From assembly GCA_028534125.1 (NCBI GenBank), contig CM052817.1, positions 108,564,001 to 108,628,000 on the forward strand: DNA of 64,000 bases, read 5' to 3'. The notes under the pieces are model-generated. The model was not told the DNA's origin, did not search any database, and worked only from the letters and a program-made list of their open reading frames with translations. The translations under genes were made by a program, and so were the position numbers. Origin of the DNA: Lama glama. Lineage: Eukaryota. Of this stretch, positions 38,311 through 51,384 are shown one piece after another (the first letter of the stretch is position 1; the number at the start of each line of letters is the position of its first letter).

Positions 38311-38457
38311 GGGATGAGGGTACAGCTCAACGGTAGAGAGCACGCTTAGCATGCCTGAGGTCCCAGGTTCCATCCTCAATACTTCCTCTAAAATCAGATA
38401 AATAAATAAACCTAACTACCACTACCCAAAATAATAAGATAAAAAGTGTTTAAAGAC
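38311..38457 (+). mobile_element. tRNA-derived SINE (Vic-1-like)
   Basis: A and B boxes, aataaacctaactacc and a tail. 16-bp TSD aaagactgaa(a/t)t(c/t)caa at 38295-38310 and 38458-38473. Confidence 0.9.
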
Positions 38458-39662
38458 AAAGACTGAATTTCAATCTTTTCTGTGAAATTCGACCTTCGCC
38501 AATGCTGACTTCAATGTTTTCAAGATGGGTAGAGCCCAATAGAACGGTGCTTACCTGTTTGGGACATCAGTCCACAAAACAGTACCACAGTACCTGGCTC
38601 TGACATCCCCAGGCCTTCTCGCCCGCACCTGTTTTTCCCTCCTGACCTCCATCCACCTCTTGGTTTCTCATCCTCTGTTCAGGATCACTCATGCCCAGCC
38701 TCTTGTTTCTTCTGTTGCACTGTAAGTGTTGTCTTTCTGGCTGGAATGTATTTCCATTTCCCCTGCCCAACCCCAGTCAGGCAGTCCTCAGTGACAGCCC
38801 CCGTGTCCCTCCATGAGCTGACCTGAGTCCCACCTTGTGGAATCACCCTCACCCGCCAGTGTCCCACACGGTTCCCTGCATCCTCGCATGTGAGCTCTCC
38901 CTGCAGTGTTTTAGGAACCCTGAGCCCATAAAGCTGTGGTTTCATCCTGAGACATATCACACTGCACTTAATACCAAGGCAGTGCTTCCTGTGTCCTCAT
39001 GGAATGATTGACCAGGTTGTCCTCCAGCTGGTCGTGGTGGTGGCCTGTATCCCACAGGTTACCTCCCAGCACAGAACAAATAGGTACTTTGATGGAAGCT
39101 TTGTTCCACGTGGAAACCATCGTGATCTAAAAATCACTCTTTGATATGAGATTCTATCTGTAACTCTTGTACCAGGTGCATCTGAAATAACCACTCGGTC
39201 TGCTTCGCCCCCTCCCCTCACCCCGCCCCCACCTCTGCCGGGTCCCCCCTCACACATCCAGCAGAACGCCCAGAATGGTTATACCGACTGGCGTGTGCTT
39301 TCGTCATTTGTGACCCGGACTTGTCACATGATGGAGCAGGAACACTCTCTTCCTTTTGTACCTGAGTTTTCTTATTTATTCCTTTCAACTCCCAAGGGTA
39401 TATTAAAAGGTAGGTGTGGCTGGGGGCAGGGGATGCAGGGCAGAGATGAGGGACAGACTTCACCGAGTGGCCACTGACAGGTGGTACCGCTGTCCCAGGT
39501 ACCTTTCTTGAAACACCCCTGTACACTAGGTCGCATTAGCCTCAATTTAAGAAAGGAAAATGAGACTGAAACAGGCACTGTATGCCATGAGAGTGCTCTG
39601 GTTAATTCTTTAGGACAAAAGTTCATAAGTATAATTGGTTTGTTATACACTGTGTCCTTTTT

Positions 39663-39823
39663 TTTTTTCTTTTTTTTTAATGGAAGTACCATCAGTTACA
39701 ATGTGTCAATTTCTGGTGTATAACATAATGTCCCAGTCATGCACATACATACATATATTCCTTTTCATATTTTTTCCAGTAAAGGTTATTATAAGCTATT
39801 GCACATAGTTCCCTGTGCTACCT
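39663..39823 (-). mobile_element. Short L1 3' end
   Basis: T tail followed by cagttacaatgtgtcaatttctggtgta; TSD tgtccttttt at 39653-39662 and 39824-39833. Confidence 0.88.
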
Positions 39824-40479
39824 TGTCCTTTTTCAACAGTTTTTTTTCCTTCTGTAAATTCACAGCTGCCCAATATGTATTACTTTTAGTTGTCCAGTAT
39901 CTACTGAATTTAGACTTCTGAAGAAATCGACCAGTGGTTTTCATCCGTGTCAGACCTCCCTTAAGAAAAGTTTTGCAATGTCCTCTGTAGTATTCTGAAA
40001 TGCAGCTCATAACAGTGATCATCTATTTATATGTGCAGCTGTTTAAAAAAGAAATATAATGGCTTAAATGCTATGGAAAGCTGAAATAATAACAGTAATT
40101 GATAGCAAAATAATGTAGTTAAGTACATAAATACACATGCACAGTTACAAGTAAGATGTTTATGTCCCTTAAGTAGCAGACTCATTGTGAGTATGACAGC
40201 TGTAGAAATAGACTAATATGGAAATGTTTAATTGTTTTCATTTGATGCAAATAGCGTAAGCAGTGTTCCAGGCAGTCATGTGATTTTCCAAAATCGTAAC
40301 TCTTGGTAAGGTTCCCAAGTATAGAAACTTCCTTCTATTTATTTGACAGTTGAATTTCTAGAAAGATTGGCTTAAACTAAACCCGCAAAACGTCTTTGTG
40401 TTTCTAGGTGAGACAGTATTAGGTTCCAGACTCCAGTGAAGAGCAGCCATGTCACTTACATGAATGTCCAGAGAGCTGT

Positions 40480-40650
40480 TGGAAAGGCCTGGAGGCCACG
40501 GGGCCAGACACCCGTTTTCGGGACTTGCTATTGTTGGATGTCTGTTGGCCTGGCCCTTCCATCCCCAGCCACTGGCACAACCCAAAATGCCTTGACATGT
40601 GTCTGAAACGTTCTCTTCAGGGGCAGCACTGCTCTCCATGAGTGCCACTG
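40480..40650. mobile_element. Possible hAT/Charlie (MER20-like) DNA transposon relic
   Basis: cacaacccaaaatgcc...ggggcagcactgctctccatgagtgccactg resembles a MER20-type end. Confidence 0.35.
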
Positions 40651-41066
40651 CTGGAAACTTTCAAACCCAAGTTAACACTTGCTAGCAAAATAGTGTCACT
40701 CAATCCTTGGGTTTAAGATACTGAGTGTAGCACGGTGTAAAACAGAAGAATGTAGGAACTGGCTCGTTTCTTCCAGGGCTTGGCAGCCTAGCAACCAAGT
40801 TGGACCACTTGCAGAGATGTGGTTAATATTAAAGATGTGTGTTTATCAAAAAAAGAAAGATGGCGGCGCCGGGCTGAGGGCACCCAGGAGGGTCTCACTC
40901 ACAGAGTCTCTGCATAGGACAGAGGGAGACTTGGAGACTGTGTCTGTAACAGGTGGCCCTAGACAGGCTTGGAACACAGATGAGGAAGGTGAACCAGAGT
41001 CTGACCAGGTGCGGAAGGTACTGTCGGAGGTCATAGGCAGTGATAATGAGAATTAAGATTGGAGCA

Positions 41067-41317
41067 GGGGGCGGGCATAGCACAGTGGTAAAGTGTGTGC
41101 TTAGCACACATGAGGTCTCAGCAGCTCTGTGAAAAAAATAGTATAGATAAACAAACCTAATTACCTCCCCCCACACACATACAAATGAAAAAGATGCTCA
41201 AGAATACGTTGTATAAACAAAATGGAAATATCAATAAAGAGATGGAACACATAAAAAGAAACCAAAAAGAAATTCTGGGGCTGAAAAGCACAATAACTGA
41301 AATGAAAAAAAAAAAGG
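41067..41317 (+). mobile_element. Chimeric insert: Vic-1-like SINE (about 41067-41175) fused to an L1 ORF1 fragment (about 41185-41304) and an A11 tail
   Basis: SINE head with aaacctaattacctccccc, then a segment encoding KMLKNTLYKQNGNINKEMEHIKRNQKEILGLKSTITEMK (L1 ORF1 coiled-coil-like). Flanking direct repeat gattggagca at 41057-41066 and 41318-41327. Confidence 0.8.
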
Positions 41318-41538
41318 GATTGGAGCAAAACTGCAAATCCATATGGAAAATAGAAAGCTCGTGGTTCTTTGCTTGTGAATGCATTTTCAGTGTGTCTCTT
41401 CTTTGGAGTCTCTGACTCTGAATTTGGGGTGAACCCCCAGCCGCAGTCCCTAGATGGATCCATGGCGCCGTCCGTGGACGTGGAACATGAATCGCTGAAA
41501 TCGTGGCTTTATGTCTCTTTTGTCTTCGTCTCTTGCAG

Positions 41539-41719
41539 GTACGATTTTGTGGAAGTGGAGGAGCCAAGTGATGGGAGCGTATTAGGGCGCTGGTGCGGTT
41601 CTGGCAGTGTGCCTGGAAAACAGATTTCTAAAGGAAATCAAATCAGGATAAGATTTGTATCTGACGAGTATTTCCCTTCGGAACCAGGGTTCTGCATCCA
41701 CTACAGCATCGTGGTGCCG
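41539..41719 (+). CDS. PDGFC: PDGF-C exon 3 (C-terminal half of the CUB domain)
   Basis: Translates (K)YDFVEVEEPSDGSVLGRWCGSGSVPGKQISKGNQIRIRFVSDEYFPSEPGFCIHYSIVVP. Acceptor tcttcgtctcttgcAG at 41537-41538; donor GTAAGA at 41720. 181 bp. The junction AA|G completes the Lys codon in frame with exon 2. Confidence 0.98.
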
Positions 41720-43613
41720 GTAAGAGTCACTCAGAAATCCTGTTGATCCCGATCGGTTGTTTGGTTACTCCTCCCGCCCTTTAAACCAGAGAATTAGGAA
41801 AAACAAGAACCAAAAACCTTTCCCTCACTTCATGTATCTTTTTAGTAAATGTCGCTGTATAGTTATCACAAATGACTTCAATTTTGTCACGGTGGATCAT
41901 TAGTCTCTGGATTGCCCTTAACGTCCATGGTCTTACGGGATGTTTTACCTTTTTCCCCCGTTAAGGTGGCATCATTCCTTTCTGTACCTACCAAAAGTTG
42001 GGTTTTTTCAGACGTGTTGTTTACAAATATGCATGTAACATGTTTCTTTTTATCTTTTTCTGGAGAAAGGTAAACTTACTCTTCATTTCAAATCAATGTT
42101 CTAGTAAAATACACTTTAAAAAGTAGTTATCTGTTTTCCGACTTATCTTAATATTTATCCTGTTTAAATAATAATTTATGGCCTTTGTGCCCCCAAAAGG
42201 CATCTTTTGAAATTTCTCACGGAAATTTAAGAAACCTGTCTATTTTCTCTAATTATAATTGTTACTGTATTTTTGGTTGTGTTGCAATTGCTTGTACCCT
42301 GTATTTTCTATATCATTTCAAACATTTGTGTCTATTTGTTGCACTAAAATACTGAAAACCTGTTTGCTGTTTTTTGTCACATTCTGCTGAAAATGGTCAT
42401 TCAGAAGTACTTCTATAACTATGCTGTCATCTACTATACTTTTAAAATATGATCAATATCGCTGTTTGAAACGGTATAACATGGACACCTTTAATGATTT
42501 TGACAAGTTTAGCAAATCAGCAGACATGCCGGGAGCAGTAGCGTGGGTTACATGCGTTAATACGAGTGTTCTAATTGGGCACGAAAACAATGCACACAGC
42601 AGGCTAGGGATTCATGAGACAAACAAGCAATATTTAACTCAACGCGTTATATTCTGTTGTAATGTTATGCAGAAATCTCCCTTTTTGATTGCCCAAATTC
42701 AGTTCTGTGGAATGTTATTTAAGCAGCTGATTCAATTACGAAATTTAAATATTATTTGAGATACAGCTGAAAAGAAGCAACAGAGTGTAAACTGAAGTTT
42801 GAAAATGATTATTTATTTATTTAGTAACAGACTCATTTATGGGGGTACAACTGAAGTTAAAGGAGACATCTCTAAACTATATACAGTGAGTTTACATGGT
42901 GTATCTTGACCAGTTTCCTTATGTAGATTGTTTACCATATCTGTATCTATTCCATTATAAAATACTTTTCCCAGGATAGATTCGCTACCATTTCCTTTGT
43001 TCATTCCCAAAATTTTTCTTAATGTAACGTTTTTTATTTAAATGTAATAAAATTTGGTAATTTCATCTAGAAATGTGTTAATAGTAGAAAAGAATGAACT
43101 TATTTAAGACACTTTGCCACTGTGATTATTTCTTTGACTAAAGCCACTAAGAATCTGTTTATCACACTTTCACGGTACCCTACTTCACAAAACTTATGAG
43201 TATAATATTTTTTTAAGTCTAAAATGGCCTTGGGAGCCATGGCTACCCTTTCACAGAGTTATTCAGTCCCTATTTTCAGTTTGGGTTTTAGCACATCTAA
43301 TGTTCTCAAATATTTAAATATGAAACAGTTCAATTTTACCATAAAACATAATGGTAGTTCTCATATCACAGCAAAGGTTTTATTTATCCCAAACCTGCGA
43401 CAAAAATAAACTTGGAACTGAGAAGATATTTGTATTTTAAATGAACTAGTGTCTTCATATTCTGTGAATAGCGATCTAGCGCCATACCATTGAATAAGAC
43501 ATGAAAACTGAAAGGTGTCTATGCCAACACTAGGGGTTGTCTTTTTCTGTTTTTACCATGTCGTGAGTTAGCTGGTTGTGTGACCCAAAGAGTTGTGTGG
43601 ATGAAATGAAGTA

Positions 43614-44113
43614 NNNNNNNNNNNNNNNNNNNNNNNNNNNNNNNNNNNNNNNNNNNNNNNNNNNNNNNNNNNNNNNNNNNNNNNNNNNNNNNNNNNNNNN
43701 NNNNNNNNNNNNNNNNNNNNNNNNNNNNNNNNNNNNNNNNNNNNNNNNNNNNNNNNNNNNNNNNNNNNNNNNNNNNNNNNNNNNNNNNNNNNNNNNNNNN
43801 NNNNNNNNNNNNNNNNNNNNNNNNNNNNNNNNNNNNNNNNNNNNNNNNNNNNNNNNNNNNNNNNNNNNNNNNNNNNNNNNNNNNNNNNNNNNNNNNNNNN
43901 NNNNNNNNNNNNNNNNNNNNNNNNNNNNNNNNNNNNNNNNNNNNNNNNNNNNNNNNNNNNNNNNNNNNNNNNNNNNNNNNNNNNNNNNNNNNNNNNNNNN
44001 NNNNNNNNNNNNNNNNNNNNNNNNNNNNNNNNNNNNNNNNNNNNNNNNNNNNNNNNNNNNNNNNNNNNNNNNNNNNNNNNNNNNNNNNNNNNNNNNNNNN
44101 NNNNNNNNNNNNN
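43614..44113. other. Assembly gap (500 N)
   Basis: N run. Confidence 1.
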
Positions 44114-44177
44114 AAATGAGTGCATACTTACAGCTTTGTAGGCATGCATGTGTATAATTGATGTGTACCTGCTTTTT

Positions 44178-44346
44178 TTGTTTGTTTTGGGGTTTTTGTT
44201 TGTTTCTTTGTTTTGGTTTTTTGGGGGTAGGGAAGCAGTTCTATTAATTAATTCATTCATTAATTAATGGAAGTACCAGGGATTGAACCCAGGACCTCAT
44301 GCATGCTGAGCATCCACTTTACCACTGAGCTCTACCCTCCACCCCT
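44178..44346 (-). mobile_element. tRNA-derived SINE (Vic-1-like)
   Basis: gggattgaacccaggacctcatgcatgctgag...accactgagctctaccctcc; 12-bp TSD tacctgcttttt at 44166-44177 and 44347-44358. Confidence 0.92.
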
Positions 44347-45018
44347 TACCTGCTTTTTATAATTAACTTAATAATTTGTATCTATTCACATGTAGAAAAA
44401 ACGTTGAGTTTACTCACATTTTTTTTTCTGGGATAATGACAGTGAGCTTACTTTAATATTCTTTCTATTCAGCAAATAAGGGGGGCACCCCTGCAGCCTT
44501 CCTTGGGAGCAGGGGGGATATTCGATTCCAGTCAAGCCCTAAGACTCTGTGGTTCCAATTACCATGTATCTTAGAAGCTGAGTTTTAAGGCATTAAAATT
44601 CTCAGAAACGGTCTTTGCCACACATGTTATTAAAAATTATGTTTGCCTTTGTAAGATGATTCACCTACCATTTCTTCCTCAGCTAGTGAATGAGACAGCA
44701 TGTAGTTAAGGAGTTTCTTACTGTTTTGAACAAAGTGATGCTGATCTAATATATTTCATATCTTTTATACATAGATACACTTTCCTTAGTAATGATATGC
44801 TTCCTGTATCCCTGTCTTGATTCCCAGGTACTTTAGAATAAGGATAAGGCGTAAATAAAATTTATCTTTCCATTTGGCTACTTTAAGTTGGCATTCCAAG
44901 CTAAGTTTTACTTTAGAAAAACTTCAGCATAAGATGTTCACCTGAAATTGTAGCTAGTTGTTTGCAGCTTTAGGAAAATAGTTCTAGATGTACTATACAA
45001 ACTTAAAATTTTAGGACT

Positions 45019-45445
45019 TAAGAGATGATCATATTAAGTGAAGTAAGTCGGACAGAGAAAGACAGATATCATATGATATCACTTCTATGTGGAATCCAAA
45101 AAAAATGATAAATTCTACTTACAAACCACAACCAGACTCACAGACATAGAAAACAAACTATGGTTACCAAAAGGGGAAAGGGGAGGTGGGATAAATTAGA
45201 AGTTTGGGATTAGCGGATACACGCTATTATATATAGAATGGATAAACAACATCGCCCTACTGTATAGGAAGGGGAACTATTTTCAGTGTCTTGTAATAAC
45301 CTATAATGGAAAAGAATCTGCAAAGAAAATATATATATGTACGTGTATGCATAACTGAATCGCTTTGCTGTACGCCTGAAACTAGCATTGTCAACCAACT
45401 ACACTTCAATAAAAAATAAAATTAGAAAACAAAACAAAACAGAAT
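45019..45445 (+). mobile_element. 5'-truncated L1 (end of ORF2 plus 3' UTR)
   Basis: taagtgaagtaagtcggacagagaaagacagatatcatatgatatcactt...cttcaataaaaaataaa; flanking repeat ttaaaattttag at 45003-45014 and 45446-45457. Confidence 0.92.
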
Positions 45446-48400
45446 TTAAAATTTTAGAATTTTCATGCTATTTTCAAGAATTCTTTATAGAAACAAGTAT
45501 TTCCCAGTCATACCCCGTTAGTAAATAATAGAAAAGAAATTCATGCAAATTGATGCCACACGAAACACATTCAGCTTTATGATTGTGTGGAAGGGGTTAA
45601 TAGCTAGTCTTTGGTTTTTGTTCCCTTCGTGCTGGAAGAGAAGAAAAAAAAAAAAAGGCCCAGTAGATTAGCAGTGAGAGATTGGGAAGAAATGAAGCAA
45701 AACTGAAGTAAAACAGTGCAAGCTTGTTTCTGCTTGGAGGCCACACACAATGAGAGCCCCACGCACAGTTCAGTTCTCTCCGAAGGAGAAGAGCATTTCT
45801 TGTTTAATTCTGGAGTAATTTATGGTAGGTTACGTGTGTTTTACTCTGGGGACTGCAGCATGAGCACCATGATTTTAAAATGTTAAGAAACCTCCAGGAG
45901 CTGAGAGGCACCGTCTTTTCTCCTACTACCAGAAACCCTTATGAAAAAATTTTATTCTTTTTTTAAAATCTCAGCCTCTGTGTAAAGTACATCACACAGT
46001 TTTGTCAGGTGGTTACACGAAGCCGTACCCGTGTTTGAGACGAAATACACAAATCCAAACGTGAATATTTTTACGGCTTTTCCCCCTCTATATAGAAGTA
46101 TTCTTCTTGAGTATAATTTTACTTGTAATCCGCACTTGCTTAAATGGTGATGAGAGTTGAGGATTTTCTTTTTCTCCAACCTGGCTAACATTCTGAAGGG
46201 TTTTTAAACTACTGTGGCTTTCTTGGAAAACGGTTTGATTGAATATTCTATTTTTAAACAGTTTTCACCTTAAGCTTTCTGGTCAGAAGTAATATCATAG
46301 TATTTTCAACAGTGTATTTGCTCTCACTTTCAACCTAATGAATGGATCAATTTAGATGAAAAGCAATGGAAGTTACAGCTTCCATGCCATTAGATTCCTT
46401 GTATTTAGATTTTTTCTTTATTGCCTGAAAAGGGGCGGGTGGGGGAATGAATGAACTGAAAGCTTTAAGTTGCTTCCCAGTTTTTTCTATTATTTTTATG
46501 GTTTTTACTTGTTCTTTTTAAATATGTATAACCACTGGCACCTGTTGGATATCACATATTTTTATTCTTATTAGTGAAATTACATCCAGACACTGATGTA
46601 CATGAGAGAGGGGTACTATTTCTGCGGTCAGTTATAACCCCAACTGTGTGTTTTCCTGAAGAGCGATCTTGTAAAGGACTTGGGTCGAGGGTGAAGTCGT
46701 GCTCGGCCAGTGCTGGCTGCCGAGGGTGTGTGGTTTCTCGGGGCAAAGGCGTAGAAGGACACTTGATGCTCGAGGTGCCACTGAAGAATGCATGACCGAT
46801 TGCCAAAGTAGTTATTAATTATGCAGGATGCGGAGAACAAAGCAGCTCAGTGCATATTGGTGTTGGGGGAGGTAGGAAAGGGGTGGGTATTTTTCCCCAT
46901 CCCTTCTGGGTCTGCCAGTAGGGTTATCAGTGTTAATATCTCACGAAAAAAAAAAAGTCTTACCTGAGGCCAAGTTTGCTTTTATGTTCAGGGTAAGAAA
47001 AATTCCAGCCAACTCTCCAACAAGGCATCCGATTCACTAGTTCACTTTCTCAGGGAAAGAAAAAAAAAAAAAAGCAGCCGGGCTTGGGGGGGGGAAAAAA
47101 ACACAACACTTAGAGAAATATCACAGCCCAAATCCCTCAGGAAAAAAGTGTCAGATAATATACTTACGATTTGTAAAAATCCTAAATCCTTGTAACAAAC
47201 TCCTGCCCTCCCATATTATTACATTCAACTGATTTGATTGAGTAAAACTTTAGGTTCAAACCTTTCAAAATAAAGTTTTATGTACCTTCTGAGACAGTTA
47301 AGAGGAAATTTTGTTCTCTGAATTTTTTGGTAAGAGAGCATAGAAGTATCTCCATTATTGCATGTCTAAACTCCAGCCTGATACACTTTGGGATGATACG
47401 ATTTTTATTAAAATATACAATGTATTTGTATCTTTATGCAGGGAGTCTTGAGGTGGCAGCATTTTATTGCATCAAAGAAATGATACAGTTTTTTTGCAGA
47501 GGCTAAACTCTTACTTGCCTAAGAGATGTTTAAGATGTTTTTTCAGCCAGCCTCGCCCCCCGGAACCCCATGCACTCTTTCACGCGAAGAGCATGGTCTC
47601 TCTTCCATATCTACTGATTCTTTTTGCCCTACCTAATTCCTGGCCCTCTAAAAATGAATTTCACAGACAGTGTGATTTGTAGTTAGCAAAGGCAGCTGTT
47701 AGTATAGCAGGAGGGGTAAAAGGCAGACAGACCATTTTAAGTTGATATACAGGGGGGCTGTAAATTAGAATTTAGACTAATTGAAAGCTCAGAAGTTGAT
47801 TCACATTTTACCTCTAAAGCCGCAAAGATTTAAAAGCTTAGTGTTAACGCGGCAACTCAACCCAATGGGAAGAACTGTTCTCTGGAAGTAAGTTTGTTAT
47901 AATTTAAAATGATAAAATACTTTTCTTTAATACCCTCAACCATTTGCCTGTTAATGCTTTCAGCATTTATTGAAGAGTATGTGATGATACACTTTATTAT
48001 GAGATAATTCAAAGATGTGTATGCTATTGTTCTGTGTCTCTGAGAACTTAGCTTGTTTTCAAGAAGAAATAGACACACCTGTGGAAAATACAGTATGTGA
48101 TTGTGTCCTGTTAGTGGTTTGGAAAGATTTTGAGAAGGAAGAGAGGCAGTTATTGAGAGCAGAGTGGATGTCATCACTCTTAGATTAAAGGGAAAAAAAG
48201 AACCAGCAAACAAACGAAAACCCTGAGACTTGCCAGGTGTAAGTTTGATAACAACTATATTATAAAAACCTGTCATGAGCTCATTAAAATGTATATTACT
48301 AGATGTCAGAGATTAGGATTCTGTGGTTCAGGAGCGATGCCCGGTTCTCTGCATTTTCATCAAACTTGCTTAGAAATTCTGATCTAAGATACTTCCACCC

Positions 48401-51384
48401 TGAACTTGGGGGAAGAAATTGCTCTATACTGTATACTGGGCAGGACGTAGCAAGTTTTGGGGGAAATATTTTTTAGAATCAAGCAAGCATGAATATTTTG
48501 TGGAACAGACTGGAAACTGCTTGCATCTTTTCTAGCTGGCATCCCCATGTGTTCTCTGTTTTCAGGACTGCAGACAGAGTGGGATGTCCTGGTAGAATTA
48601 GATGGATGGATTTCAGTGTTTAGTCTTTGCATTTATTGTACCGACTTTTCTAAGTTATATGTGAAAGCCTGTCAGTTTTGTCAACTGTCCACGTCCGTTG
48701 CCCGTGGAGCCAGGACAGATGACCACCTGCCGCCTTTCCTGGGGTTCCAGGAGCTGGTCTGATGAGCTGCAGGTGGGGTGGGTCCGGCACTAGGGCACAG
48801 TTCCGGACAATATATCCTTTTGTTCCGAGGTGTGAGATGCTCTCAGTAAACAAGACAGTGCCAATCATCAAGAAATGTTTCCTTCTCCTCCTCCTTGTTT
48901 CAACATGTAATTTTAATTTTCATCTGACACATACGTGTACATCATTTTAAAAGACAATTATTTCCCTTGGGCTGGTGACAGACACAGCAGTCGCCCCCAC
49001 TTTCCCTGCCCCGACCACTGTCCCGCTCCCTTGGAGACAGACCCTCCCGGCTCTTGTATCTGGTCCTCTAAGAACTGACCTTCACCCTCGGGTCACGCAC
49101 TTTGCCTGTGATGTCCTGCATCTTTGGTTTTAATAATTATTTGTGGACTCACATCTACTGACTTCAGACTCTGCAAGGTGAGGCTCTCCCGTTCTTCACA
49201 TCACCCCATCGTCCGCTAGGTCCTAATCACATGAAGACCCACATGCACTGTGCATCCTGGTATCCGCAGAATCGTTCTTCTCAGTTGAGCCGTGAAGCTT
49301 TGGTTCCATTTCCTTTCCTGCCCTGTGTTGTGTTTTCTGTTCCCTAGAGTTGTGTCATGCTGGGGTTTGCTTAGCTTTCTCTATGTTTATCACCGATTCG
49401 TCCCCAAACCATCCCTCAAATGGTGTGGAGCTCAATACAGTCAGATGTGTTAGGTTTCCTGCTGGTGACATCTTCTGGAAGAAATCCCCGCTGAAACAGT
49501 TGGGGCTCCTCTGCTTTGGGCTGGTTGTCCTCAAACCTGCTGCACAGCTGTCATCCTTGGGGTCTCCTCCATCCCTGTCCCGGGTATTTCCTTGGCCACC
49601 TTCGTGAGTTCCATCCATTGTCTGCAGAATCTTCTGTCTTCCTCTCTTCATTTACTTCTTGTTTGCGGAGGGAGTAAAGCCCCCATGAATTTCCTGGAAA
49701 GAAAAGAAAGAGGAAATGTCTGCGACCTTGCGTAACTGAAAATGCCTTTATTGAACCCTCGAACTTGAATACGTGGCTCAGTCTAGAGTGAGTTGACTAC
49801 TTGGAAGCTGACTGGACATCCTGTGCACCTCATGGGGCTTGCTGACGTCGCTGTTTGCTGTCCTGTGAGCTGTCCTGTCACACTAGTTTCTTGAAACCCC
49901 CCAGACTCCTCTCACCTCTTTTCTGAGGGCATAAGCCTGCCAGTTCTCTGGGTTGAGAGCTGCGTGGAGTAAGACTGAGACACTCAGCATTCAGTAGAAA
50001 GGTTTTTTTCTCAGCCTCCTCCACACCCCACATGCAGAACAGCATCCCTGCTTCCGGCTCGGCTGGGCCTCCCGGACCGTAGATCCTCAGGTTTATTCTG
50101 TTCAGGGAACACGTCTGAGCAGGGAGGACATCATTCTTCTCCCCAGCAGGGGTGTCGGTCTGGGGTGTCTTTATGGCTTCGGGATCCCAGCCCGTCCTCG
50201 CGCTTTCAGCCTCCCTGTCATGACCGGGGTCGTAGGTACCTGCCGCCACGTGGTCCCAGAACTTTTGGGTGGTTCTTCCGTGTAACACAGATGATTCCTG
50301 GCTTTGCCTCCTGCTGAACTGTCAGATCCACCAAGGCAAGGACTCCACATCCACCTGCTTTTCCGTTTTCAAAATTTTATCTCAGTTGGCTCCTTTCCAA
50401 TTTTCTTTGACTTTAACTGATTGTGCATTTAAAAAATACCTTTAGAACAGAAACTACACCACAATCTTTTCCCTTTTTTTCCCTTTATTCATATAACAAA
50501 GTCCTTATTAAAGACTAAGGTTATATTTGCTCAACAAAATATTCAGAAAGTCAGCACAGTATATCAAAGACCCAGTGCGAGCAGGTACCAGCCTCTGTAA
50601 CTGGCTTTCGGAAAGGACCCTCTGTTATCCACCCCCCCCGGCCGGATAAAACTAGCCCCTGCAGAAGTTGCTCTGCGTTGATTATGTTAATATTATGTTT
50701 ACTTTTTTGCAGTGGAGAGGCAAAGAGGGCTTGATTAGCTATTTAACACTTTCTGAACTGTGTTTCAGTATTAGTAGTAGCCACTAGAACACCAGCCATG
50801 ATTTATTCCTTATACGTATCAGTTGTAACCAAACAACTCCATATATAATCCATACATTTGGGAAAACGCTATCCTTAAAAACAGTCTTCAAATATTCACC
50901 TGCTTGAGTAACACTGTTCGTGTATTTGAATGTTCAGACATTAAAACTGGAGTTGCACAGCTTTTCCCTATTCCTTTAACTAAGGTGACACACTTAGAAT
51001 GTCGTTTATTTAAGGTTACTTTGAAACCACATGAATCTGATTTTCTCTATAATATAACCATCAGTTTTACATCCTGTGACAGTCTTAGAACAAAACTAAA
51101 AGGTGAGTGCAATCAGTGTTATGTACTTTTGAAGAGGTTGATTTTTGAAAGTCAGGTGTGTTCTAAACATATTTTGGAAAGGAAGTGCATAACGTGACCA
51201 GCTTGGAAATAGTTGAATCAAGCAGAGGAGGATGGACGTATATTGAAGGATGCACTAGGCTTGAGGGGTGTTTTCATATCCTTTCATCCCCGTAATGCAA
51301 TGTTACCACCGTTTTGCAGAGTGTAATTCAGAAAAGTGAGGATATTAATTAAGGTTTCCCTACTATTGCAGAAAAATGTGCTAC

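Larger units (their letters stand above)
9658..41538 (+). other. PDGFC: PDGFC intron 2 (GT-AG, 31,881 bp)
   Basis: Bounded by canonical GT and AG with compatible phases. No intervening PDGF-C-like coding segment seen. Confidence 0.92.

Noticed and set aside
43568..44260. Long ORFs of 230 aa and 193 aa (and 58330..58530)
   Set aside because: Artefacts of reading through N gaps.
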